Assembly: GCA_964016885.1 (NCBI GenBank)
Contig: OZ024740.1
Coordinates: 149,730,001-149,794,000, forward strand
Origin: Eledone cirrhosa
Taxonomy: Eukaryota
DNA: 64,000 nucleotides
Direction of reading: 5' to 3'
Positions 50,801 to 62,386 of the stretch are shown piece by piece. The translations under genes and the position numbers were made by a program. The notes below the pieces were generated by a model. It worked only from the letters and a program-made list of their open reading frames with translations. It had not been told where the DNA came from and ran no database searches. Numbering within the stretch: position 1 is the stretch's first letter; each line of letters opens with the position of its first letter.

Positions 50801-51940
50801 CTTATAAGTAGACGAGAAAACAGAACCCAGATCCCCTCAGGGAAATGGCCTTGCTCAGTATGTAGGAAAGGTGTAGGTAGGAACTCCATTCTCTGCCCCA
50901 AATGCAAACAATGGGTACACAAGAGATGTAGCGGGATCTCAGGAAGCTTAATTAAGAATGTAGGATTCACATGCAGCAGCTGTGCTAAAACAGCAAGCAA
51001 ACAGCCACAGGAAACAAGTACCACCAATCTCTGGGAGGGCCCTGTAGAAACAGTAGACAGCTTCTGCTACCTAGGTGACCGAATTAGCAACGGAGGTGGG
51101 TGCTCAGAAAGTACAATAACTAGGGTAAGAACGGGATGGAAGAAGTTTAGGGAACTACTACCACTGCTAGCTGCAAAAGGCTTCTCCCTCAGAATGAAAG
51201 GCAGACTGTATGATGCGTGTATCCGAACAGCGATGTTGCATGGTAGTGAGACCTGGGCGCTGAAGGTGGAAGACTTACGTAGATTAGAGAGAAACGAAGC
51301 CTGCATGCTCCGATGGATGTGTAACAGTAATATACGTGAACGACAAAGCATAAAGGAATTGAGAGAGAGACTGAGCATAAGAGGAATCAAATGCTGCGTG
51401 CAGGAGAGGCGGTTACGCTGGTATGGACATGTGATGCGTATGAAGGATGACAGCTGCATAAAAAGGTGCAGAGCACTAGAAGTTGATGGAAACCGCGGAG
51501 TGGGGAGACCCAAGATGACTTGGGATGAGGTGATAAAAGCCGACCTTACCCAACTACACCTCTCAAAGTCAATGACACACGACCGTGACTTCTGGCGTCA
51601 CGCAGTAATACAGGGTACCCGACCTCCCATGGGTACATGCTGAAGCATATAAACAATATTCCCCCCCCCCCACCGCAAGGTGGTCGTGGAGGTGCCACGG
51701 CAAAAAAGCACCCAGCCCACACTGTAAAGCGGACGTGTAGGCGCCACGAAAAAGCACCCAGCACTCACTGTAAATGAGGTTGGTGTTAGGAAGGGCATCC
51801 AGCTGTAGAAATCAAGCCAGATCAGTTCCTGTATGAGCAAGGCATGGTCAGCCGACCAGACACTGCCCACAACAGGACAACCCGTCTAACCCATGCTAGC
51901 GTGGAAGAACGGACGTGATGATGATGATGATGATGATGAT
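47820..51940 (+). mobile_element. Near full-length RTE-clade LINE
   Basis: single reading frame with APE endonuclease and RT, 3' UTR with tandem units and (GAT)n tail; flanked by (AT)n; 5' boundary uncertain (47820 or about 48225). Confidence 0.92.
48524..51643 (+). pseudogene. RTE ORF (endonuclease + RT + PHD-like finger), 1039 codons, one internal TAG at 49766-49768
   Basis: ORFs 48524-49768 and 50018-51643 are in the same frame; hand translation of 49769-50017 shows no stop; VQETRW, SAYAPQ, DFNGHVG, QGSVLSP, YADD. Confidence 0.92.
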
Positions 51941-51955
51941 ATATATATATATATA

Positions 51956-52796
51956 TATTGGTAAACGGAATAGAAAATGCTGACAAATTGTTCACAGTTG
52001 AAAAATGGTTTAATTAGGAATAAAAGAGTATTAGTGATTGTATGGGTTAGTATTCAGTTGTGGTTTAAAGTTTTTAAGTTTTTACCGGTTGCGCATTTCT
52101 AAATGCTTTTCAAAAATAATTTTGAGATAGAGTGTCCGTGCTGTTTGCTCTGATCTGATTAGTTTTGGGAATTCTACCTGTTTTTATGTTAAAAAAATGG
52201 CTCCAGCGTTATTTTTGTGTTGCAAAAATGCTTGTGGTCAAAACAATTTTGATTGGTCGGTAGAGGTCATGTGAATGTAAAAAGTTGATTTTGCGCCAAG
52301 ACTGTTTTTATGTTAAAATGTTAGAAAAGTTTTATAGTAAAACACAATTTCACATGTGCATCGGAAAATTTAATATATGTATTAACTTGTTCAGGTTGTC
52401 GAGAACAATACATAGGCCAGACCAAAAACAGCCTCCGCCAACGCATGACTGTCCATAGATCCCAAATTAAAATACGGGAATACAGGAAAATACCACTGAG
52501 TGAACACATTGATACCTGCGCCGCCCAAAATCATCCCAACTTCAGAATCTTTCCCCTCTACAAATTTAAAGATAATGCCACCCACACCCAGCGCATCAGC
52601 AAGGAATCTTACTTCATTAACAAATACGGACCCCGTCTAAACACTTCTCCCTAAGACGAACCCACAACATACACACGTCAACATACATACCTACATCAGC
52701 ACACATCTCTACCCACATATAAACACAATGACACACGTAAACACACATGCTCTATGGTGCAATACAAAAAAATATATGTGCATATATATGTATGTA

Positions 52797-52835
<39 letters not shown>

Positions 52836-52838
52836 AAA

Positions 52839-52885
<47 letters not shown>

Positions 52886-53257
52886 GTGAATATCATTTCA
52901 CACCTTTTATTGTTAAGATTGTTGATGTTCTATTAAGAGAACCGATTTTACTGAAAAAATCGAATAATGTACACCATTTTACCAGGGGGGAAAAAAATAC
53001 TGGTCCACCCACACACGCACACACACACACACACACATATATACACAAACACATACACACGCGTACATCAACATACACACACACACACACGCACTTCTCC
53101 GTATAAGACAAAAGCTGAAAAATATCTTTTGACCTTCGAATGACTCTGCTGTGTGTATGTACGCACACACACACACACACACACACTTATCTTAATAGCC
53201 ATTTGACACACATCGCTGGTGGCTATTGTCGCAGCATCGAACACCTTACTACTACTA

Positions 53258-53321
<64 letters not shown>

Positions 53322-53803
53322 TTGTTGTGAAAGAGTAATTTCTCAATCTTGGCGCAAAACCAATTTTTTATCCACATGACCTCTACCGACCAATCAAAAT
53401 TGTTTTGACCATAATTTTTGCTGGAGCCACTTTTCTAACATTTTAACATAAAAACAGTCTTGGCGCAAAATCAACTTTTTACATTCACATGACCTCTACC
53501 GACCAATCAAAATTGTTTTGACCACAAGCATTTTTGCAACACAAAAATAACGCTGGAGCCATTTTTTTAACATAAAAACAGGTAGAATTCCCAAAACTAA
53601 TCAGATCAGAGCAAACAGCACGGACACTCTATCTCAAAATTATTTTTGAAAAGCATTTAGAAATGCGCAACCGGTAAAAACTTAAAAACTTTAAACCACA
53701 ACTGAATACTAACCCATACAATCACTAATACTCTTTTATTCCTAATTAAACCATTTTTCAACTGTGAACAATTTGTCAGCATTTTCTATTCCGTTTACCA
53801 ATA
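51956..53803 (+). mobile_element. Penelope-like element fragment: GIY-YIG endonuclease between about 375-bp inverted repeats
   Basis: about 52340-52654 reads FTCASENLIYVLTCSGCREQYIGQTKNSLRQR..H...R..KESYFINKYGPRLN; 51956-52330 is the reverse complement of 53429-53803. Confidence 0.85.
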
Positions 53804-53836
53804 TATAATAACTTGTGTGTTACACCTCTATTCTTT

Positions 53837-53840
<4 letters not shown>

Positions 53841-53916
<76 letters not shown>
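53841..53916. repeat. (TA)n microsatellite
   Basis: direct reading; (CA)n also at about 53260-53320. Confidence 0.95.
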
Positions 53917-53920
<4 letters not shown>

Positions 53921-54158
53921 TTAGTTAAGCAAAACAAGACCACAAATTTCACAAGGAAGACATTATTAAAAGATTGTCAACATATTTTAGTTTGATGTAA
54001 GGAACGTAGAGAATAATAATAATAATATTAATCATAATTGTTTCTACTTTTGGTACAAGGCCAGCAATTACCCAGTACATTACTGGTACTTTATTTTATC
54101 GACCCCGTATGGATGAAAGGCAAAATTAACCTCGGCGGGATTTGAACTCAGATCATAA

Positions 54159-55269
54159 TGTCCGTTTACAATTGTTTTGCTACTCCATATATGGCGTACC
54201 ACCCCCCCTATCAAATACACCACGCCACTACACCAATACTTACTCTAGTAGCACACCTCCCCCATCTAATCCTTCTAACACTGACCAACCGCTTAGGTTA
54301 AACTACCCTACTCTCACTAACCGCAGAAGTAACTGCAACTGCCGTTACCCTAATGCATGACCACTAAATGGACACCGCCTGACACCCAACATAGTCTATA
54401 GGTGCACGGTTGAAACTGCTTCGAATACCAGCTCCTATATCGGGTCTACCTCTAACCCTTTTAAGGTACGCTATAACGCGCACTCTTTTTCCTTCCGAGA
54501 CCCTAACAACAGATGTTCGACATCTCTAGCTAGGCTCATTAAAAACACCTTAAATTAACCAACATTGAACACTCACTAACATGGATATCTTAGCTAGGGC
54601 CCAACCGTTCAATGGACGAAGAAAATCTTGTGATCTCTGTATTACCGAAGCATATTACATAACTCTATCACGACCTCTACCGATTAACGATAGAACGGAG
54701 GTAACTATTAGCTGTCAACATCGAAGGGCTAATTCCTTCGCCAACAGAATATTTGACCCAACATAGTCATCTAGCCCCATCCTTACTTGTAGCTAATAAG
54801 TTAATAGCTATAACTAACTTAGATAATAATAAGTTACCTCCCTTACATTGTCTCTCAATTAAAAAAAAATAAAAATTAGCACTTAACTATAAACTACCCA
54901 CAATTTCTAATCTCTCGAGGAGTTACTTCTCCTGAAACCACCCTCTAATTAGTAAGGTAAATATGGCCATTGGCGGCCATCTTGTTACTCATAGGCAGAT
55001 CTCACACAATGCAGCCTCGACAGAAGAATACTGCTTGATTATGGCAGACAATTGATACACCCAGGATACCATAGTGAAATACCAATATATGGAACATTAC
55101 ATTTATGTAACATTCTTTCCTTACTTTAATTTATATTCCTTTGAAGTTCCGATGAGCCGCTCTATCTTTAACTATGTTAATTATTTTCAACTGAACCAGA
55201 TCAATAATGATATATAGTCATTTGATCCAGAAATATTATATGGAGTAGCGAAACAATTGTAAACGGACA
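54159..55269 (+). mobile_element. Second Penelope-like fragment (GIY-YIG, frameshifted) with 33-bp terminal inverted repeat and hammerhead motif
   Basis: NIVYRC.....YIGSTSNPFKVRY..H..SF, CDLCITE, CQH; 54159-54191 inverted to 55237-55269. Confidence 0.85.
55137..55267 (+). ncRNA. Type I hammerhead motif with extended stem II (core variant CCGAUGA)
   Basis: stem I tcc..gtt/aac-gga; ccgatga; stem II gccgctctat/atggagtagc around a 70+ nt insert; gaaac aatt gt A. Confidence 0.7.
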
Positions 55270-57235
55270 ATTGGCAGTATCGGTAGAGGGTCGGACGCCA
55301 TGCTTTTCAGCACAGTTACGCCGAGGTTAACTTTGCCTTTCATCCTTACGAGGTCGATAAAATAAAGTACCAGTAATACACTGGGATAATTGCTGGCCTT
55401 GTGCCAAAAACTAGAAACAATTATTATTATTCTCTACATTCCTTACATCAAACTAAAATATGTTGACAATCTTTTAATAATGTCTTCCTTGTGAAATTTG
55501 TGGTCTTGTTTTGCTTAACTAATGAATATTTCCAGCTCTGTGCGCCTAACTTCTGCATGAACCCAGCCACCTAGCTGCTTTCCACTGCATATTGCACATT
55601 GAGCACAAGCCTTTACGCTTTGGCTTCTAACTAATTCACCAATCTCTCCTCTCCTATCTCCACCTCTCTTTTTAAGATTGGTTACTCTTGAACTGTGTAT
55701 ATATATGTACACACACACACACACACACGCACACACATATTTATATATATACGTTTAAATTTGGTGGTTAACCACTGCCATTCAGCAATATTAATCATGA
55801 CGTAATATGAGAAAAGCACTCGACGTTTAGCAACTCATCCATCTTTGATGTTGAATCATGTTAGTGGTGCGGGAACGGAGTAAATGCATTATAAAGTGAA
55901 ATTACAGGAGGCCAAATATGTTGAATTTCCTTAATTATTTATTTCTGCAAACACTATGCACATTTCTGTGGCCAGGTTGCGTAAGAACCTGGTGATATCT
56001 TCAGGTGTAAATTGCGTAATAGATGTATACCGACGGAATGATGGTAAACTTTAAGGAAACAAGCAAATAAAAAATAGAGAAGAAAAAAATGTGTTTATGT
56101 TTTTGACTCAAAGACGAACGAAGCAGCATGTTGTTATCATGTCTCGCCGTCTCTTTGTTTGTTTCCTTAACTTTATTTTTAGTTTTTGACATGGTCAACG
56201 GAAACTCGCTCGGTATGCAAATGAGGCTACTCAGCCGATGTGTAATGACCCAGAAACATGTTGATTGTTCCTCAATGCCAGTGTTGAACAAACGGATGAC
56301 GATTTGTCATCGGCGTGACACAGCTTTAATCGGGCCGTTCGTTTACAACGAATTGAATATTATTATTAATATTCGATATAACCCATACCTACATATGTGT
56401 ATATGTGTGTGTATGTATATATATGTGTGTGTGTGTGCGTATGCATGCTTACTTTTATGTATCAGCTGCGCTAGGGCGAGAAATAAAATTCTAATTTTAT
56501 TTTTAGTTTTCGGCATGGTCAGCCGTAACTCGCTCGGTATGCAAATGAGGCTACTCAGTCGATGTGTACTTAACCGTTCAATAGATATTCCTTTACAAAC
56601 GAATTGAATATTTTTTTTTATTAATATTCGATATAAACCATACGTACATATGTTTATACATATACATATGTACGTATGGTTTATATATGTTTGTGTGTGT
56701 ATATATATATGTGTGTGTGTGTACATTTGTACGTTTGTATGAGTGTGTATATATGTATTTGTGCGAAAGGTGGTGTGTAAATTAGTATTTTAATAATATT
56801 AACCCCCTTATATTACCATTACTATTATTATGGTTTATTTTTGTATATCTCAAACACTTAGATGTTAAACGATCTGGATATTTCAGTTAGAAAATAGTTG
56901 AAAGACCCCTCAATGCATTCTCTCCTGCGCCTTACATAGACAGGACTTTCTTTAAAATCCTTGTTGCACCAAGAAGTGCTGTCTTCTGCATCAATTCTGA
57001 TTTTATTTACACAATCCTCAAAATTGTCCAATATGCATCCTAATGCTTCAATCACCACTTGAATCATTAAAACCGTCTTCATCATCCACCACATCCTTCT
57101 TCAGTGGCTAATAGTCTCTATATTTTCATGCTTTTATCCTTCACTCTACTATCTCCTTGGCTAAAGAAATCAATAATATGGACCTGTTTTTCTTCTTGTT
57201 CACAAATATGCCTGATCTTCTTGCTACAATCATTC

Positions 57236-59453
57236 TATAACAGGACACTGGGTTGTATGTACAATATTTATTTACGAAGATTGAGCTGAGTAGAGCTGAA
57301 TAGCTGACATGCCAAGAGAGATGAAACAACGAATTACGGAATTCAGGAGGCACAGTCTACTGGCGGAAATGTTGCCACGCCGTGGTTAAGTTGTTGTGTT
57401 ACATGTTGGCTAGTGATTTCACGACGAAAGAAAGTTAGTTGTTTACCATTTCACAGTCAGGAAGCGAGAGAGCATACCTTCGGTGTAAGGTGCTGAAAGG
57501 TGAAAAGAGAGGGAGATAGCTTTCAGCTCTCTCCTTTATAGTTCCCTGGACGGAAGTCACCAAGAAGGTTCTGCAACCTCAACGGGAAGTAACTCCAGCT
57601 ACTTCCTGTCTAGAGAGCGCTACAGGACTCCTCTCCCAGACGAGAAGTCAAATGACCAAATGAAATCATTGTAGCAAGAACACGAGGAGCAAGGCAAAAG
57701 GTACAAGAACATGAATGAACAAAACATGAGCAAGCAAATAGTGAAATGAGCATGCAAAAATTAATGATCGATATCAAGGTAGCCAACCGTTCTTGGTTAG
57801 AGAACGACTGGACATCTATTATCCATCACACAAAGATACAATGTAATCAACCTAAAAGAAGAGGTCAAAGGAGCAAAGAAACGTGTTCGAACATAGTTAT
57901 TAAAAAAAAGGTTCAAATGTTCAAAAATAAAGTTAACAGGTATGTAAGCACATGACAGCAGGAAAGAGAGTGTGTCCCCAAGAGAATGTATGCAGGTGGT
58001 TTCTGGACTGTGGTTCAACGTGAAATTCCCAACCTCCGAAGGCGGTGGGATTTTCTCACAGGAAGAGTGCTGCAAAAATAAATTCTCTGTGTTTTGTTCT
58101 GCTGGTTTTGGTTGTTGATAAAGCAAAGATGAAGCTGTGTTGTTGTTGTCTAGCGGAGTTAGATAACCTATTCGAAGTTGTTTCAATTCACAGTAAAAAG
58201 TTTCCTAGAAAAAAAATGAGTTGCGCAAAGTACTAGAAATAACAGCCAAAGTTGATGGTCGTTGTTGAGAACGCGTTGACCTGGAAGGGTCAAGAGGCCA
58301 GCGACCATAGAAATAAGCATTCTGAATAAATGCGCAGTTTTCAAAGGCAAATTTACGTGGTAAATTTTTAAACCGGCAAATAGGAGAATATAGCTTAAGG
58401 CTGGAGAATCCTTGGCAAGAAACATTATCTATGGCGTATGTTATCTCAGTGAGTCGAGATGTGTGCTCCCCCACACGTGCCGAAACAAGGTTTAAGTCAA
58501 GTTGAATAAAAAAAATATTTCTTTTGCGCGAGAAAATGCGCGAAAATGACAGTGGAACAGGTCGTAGCAGCCATTTTGAAAAATTTGTGTGTGAACGTGA
58601 CAATATGATGAAAAAGAAGGAAAGGCTATATTCACTTTGTATAACAAATATGGCGAGAGTTCAATTTCTTTGTGAAAGTGATGAAAAAGTAGCGAAAAAG
58701 GCTTAGTTGAATGAGTAAGCGAGCTGTGATGTTCATCAAAGTTGACATGTTGAATATAAGAAAGAATACAGGAGTCCAAGTCTTTTTTTTTAGTATTCGT
58801 TGTGAGAAGAACGAAGGATATATCCAGTGAGTGAAACACATTTAAACGATGTAAACACGTGAGGTGAAGAGCACATTTTTTTCTTGTTTGTCTGCTGCTG
58901 AGAAAAAGATTACTTCTATTTTTCGTTGTAGACAGTTTCGGGGAAAAATTCCATGTGGAATGTTGTTAGAGGAATTTTTTCTTTTTGAAATACTGCTAGT
59001 TAATTTTCTTTTTTCCATATTCACACAACACCATTTCCTATTCTTTTTTCTCGGGGTCACCAATTATAACAGGACACTGGGTTGTATGTACAATATTTAT
59101 TTACGAAGATTGAGCTGAGTAGAGCTGAATAGCTGACATGCCAAGAGAGATGAAACAACGAATTACGGAATTCAGGAGGCACAGTCTACTGGCGGAAATG
59201 TTGCCACGCCGTGGTTAAGTTGTTGTGTTACATGTTGGCTAGTGATTTCACGACGAAAGAAAGTTAGTTGTTTACCTTTTCACAGTCAGGAAGCGAGAGA
59301 GCATACCTTCGGTGTAAGGTGCCGAAAGGTGAAAAGAGAGGGAGATAGCTTTCAGCTCTCTCCTTTATAGTTCCCTGGACGGAAGTCACCAAGAAGGTTC
59401 TGCAACCTCAACGGGAAGTAACTCCAGTTACTTCCTGTCTAGAGAGCGCTACA
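57236..59453 (-). mobile_element. Young non-autonomous LTR retrotransposon (probably Gypsy-derived)
   Basis: 389-bp LTRs at 57236-57624 and 59065-59453 with 3 mismatches; PBS TGGTGACCCCGA (tRNA-Trp); PPT gggagaggag; 4-bp TSD attc. Confidence 0.93.
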
Positions 59454-59519
59454 ATTCTATCGCACTGAATGGTGAAGTCACAGAAAAGCTTGAAATTTTC
59501 CTTTTCTAACACATCCACA

Positions 59520-59665
59520 TGCGGTAAATTGGCAGAGTCGTTAGAACGTCGGATTTACGGTATTCGTTCCGGCTCTCTGCTCTCGGAGTTCAAATCCTGC
59601 CACGGTCAACTTTGCTTTCATCCTTTCGAGGTCGATAAAGAAAGTACCAGTCTAGTATTGGGTAG
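59520..59665 (+). mobile_element. Family A SINE (older variant)
   Basis: gcggtaaattggcagagtcgttag head, gagttcaaatcc, tttcatcctttcgaggtcgataaa. Confidence 0.75.
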
Positions 59666-59844
59666 ATTCTTCCTTTATATCTATTTCTCATTTCCTCTCT
59701 CTCACTTTCTATACTTCTCTAGAAGAAATCTACTGTGCTTAGGCCTGGAAAGGGATGGGATCTGCTAGACTTAAAATGCCCAAGAAACGCCGTATGTCAA
59801 TACAGCGCCCCTACGACTCTATCAGGAGTTACGGGATGAACACA

Positions 59845-60520
59845 ATATCTGGTCTCTGCTCATATCATTTAGTTGCTCTGACAAACCCACATTTCGCAGA
59901 TATCCAATGGATATATCTGGCAACATTATCATGTAGACTTTTGTACTCTTACTGTGCCAACTTAACATATTCGCTTAGAATTTGTCTGACGATTTGTCTT
60001 TTTGTTCAACATATTCTACATAATGGTGATGTTATCGTTTTATTAACATGATGTTTAATGTAGTTAGTTCCAAGAGCCTTTTCCTGGGAGCTGTACACCA
60101 GAACTTCAGTGTATTTTTTCAGATCGCCATTTTTAAGCCACCATCAGCTCTTTTTTCCAATCAATACCGTCTTTATCTTTAGTGTACTGTTCATGCACAC
60201 GTTTATCTTTCCATTATTTCATGTTATTTCTTCAATCTCATCTTGCAGTCATTAGGTGCTACTGCATCAGCAAATTTCAGTGTGTTGAGTTCTCTTACAT
60301 TTGACATGGTGTTACCCCTGATATTTTTACGATACCAAGCTAGGTGGATTTCTTCACTTTTGACACAATTTTCCCGACGTATTTGTCCTCTACCTCCTTT
60401 CTTTCTTCCAACAGAGTCAAGCCCATACAATGGAGTTTCTTTTTGTTTTTGGCAAACGTATCTTACGAATCTAACTGTAACTACAATAATAATGACTGAT
60501 GTTTTTTTTTTCTTATAACA
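59845..60520 (-). mobile_element. R4/Dong-like (restriction-like endonuclease) LINE relic
   Basis: minus strand gives RKKGGRG, CVKSEE, SSQEKALGTNY, SPLCRIC..IL....LAQ*EYK..HDNVARYIHW. Confidence 0.75.
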
Positions 60521-61017
60521 AATAGGTAAAGGCATTTTCTTTCTAAATATTAATTGAAATTCAAATCCTTTTGTCGTATAAAGTACATATCTATATAGCG
60601 GGTCCTAGTATAATGTGTTTTATGTTGTATTGAGATGGGATGGTGTGTTGTGGTGTTGATTCAATTGTGGATTGCTCAGTTGTGTGATCACTGTTATGTA
60701 GGATAAAAGAAGATTGGTGTGTCTGATACAATGTGACCTGAGAATGTGGGTGTGCAAGTAAGTGTTCATTAAGATGATGGTGATGATTTCTTGAATAAAT
60801 GATTTACTCTGACCACATAGGAAATCAAATATATCGACCACAGTAACACAATGACGCTATATTACTAATTTATTAAATATAACTTTCGTCGAAGTTATAC
60901 GACAATACATGAAGCACAAATAAACACAGTTGAATTGTTTGATTAGGAAAGGTATTATTAAAATGTACTATTTACCAAAATTTCAGTTGGTGTGATGAGT
61001 TTCGTTGGCCTGGCAGC

Positions 61018-61025
61018 GAGAGAGA

Positions 61026-61116
<91 letters not shown>
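61018..61116. repeat. (AG)n microsatellite
   Basis: direct reading. Confidence 0.95.
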
Positions 61117-61119
<3 letters not shown>

Positions 61120-61690
61120 CAAAGGGGTCTCTGCAACTGCTGATTAACTGGAAGAAACTTTTTGTCCTCTCTGGTGTTACCTCAAATAAATTGGCTTTGA
61201 CCTCAGTTGGTTTGTTTGTCCAAACTAAATGGCGTCAATAATTCGACGCAAAGAAAAATGAACAGTTGGCTGCAGTGAGTCGTTCTGTGTATCTGAACAG
61301 CCGATATTCCATAGTCAATTTGGAATAGTGTTTGAAACTAGTTTCGTCGTAAAAAAGCAGTGGCAGGTTTATTGTATATATATGCAGCCGCACCTATGTG
61401 AAGGTGGTTATGCCGAAAGCTTGTTCCGTAACAACGAAACCAGATCAGACAGAAAAGATAGGAAAAAATTTATCGGGAATTCCCTTCAAACCAAAGATAC
61501 AGCTTCTGTGCTCAGGATGCAGTGAAGAAATTTAGAAAGATTTTGACACTATGTGTTTATTTGTGTGGAAACATTTAAATTCAGTATACATCGAGCTTGA
61601 AACAAGTGGGACAACGATCGTCGTTTGGCTGCAAATGTCGGAGTTCTGAGTCACTCTCTGTTGCTTTCAGATTTTGATATTCGTTTACAA

Positions 61691-62386
61691 CAAAGGTTCT
61701 CAACGGGGGGCATATGCACCTCCGGGGGGCGTTTCGGAACTCCAGGGGGCGTTTGGGAGCAAGGTCGCGTTAGGGGGGCGTTTGGAGCTGGGGGAGGGGG
61801 ATTAGGGGGCGCCGGAAGGCTCTTTATTTCGGTAATTTTTATAAGCCATATTTGTATGCCTTTGAGACAGCCAGTGTGAATGCATTTGAATGAGCTTGCA
61901 TAACTATAGTCTGACTGCAGGTGTGCAGGCATGTCCGGTAATTGAGACGTTAACCGGTAATTGAGATCCTAAAAATGGAAAAACCCCCAGTCAACTGGGT
62001 CAAAGACACTTTGGGCTCAGCCAGTTAGAATCTTATCTTTCCTTCACCGATAACAATGTATTTCATGTCTGAAATTATTGACTCAACTGCAACGAGTTAA
62101 CACTATGTAGATCTATTTTATTCCCTATTGTATAATTAATATTACAAATAAAAAAAAAAAGAAAAGAAAAAACAGAAGCGAGTAGCACACACATCTAGGA
62201 CCACATACAACACATAATCAGATAATACACACAACTTTGGAATATTGTTAATCAATTTTTTAGTAATCTACTGATATAAAAATCAATAGTATATTGAAAA
62301 ATGGAAAAATGGGGGGGGGGGGGGGGCATTTCGTGATTTCGAGGGACAAAAGGGGGCGTTTGGCCTAAGTGGGTTGAGAACCTGTG
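61691..62386. mobile_element. Non-autonomous hAT element
   Basis: caaaggttctcaac / gttgagaacctgtg TIRs, 8-bp TSD gtttacaa/gtttagaa, subterminal ggggcgtt repeats. Confidence 0.85.

Noticed and set aside
52696-53379. Cys/Val- and His/Thr-rich ORFs
   Set aside because: Translations of (CA)n/(TA)n microsatellites
56858-57094. 78-aa minus-strand ORF as a host exon or transposase
   Set aside because: No recognisable motif or supported splice structure
61005-61241. Arg/Glu repeat ORF
   Set aside because: (AG)n microsatellite
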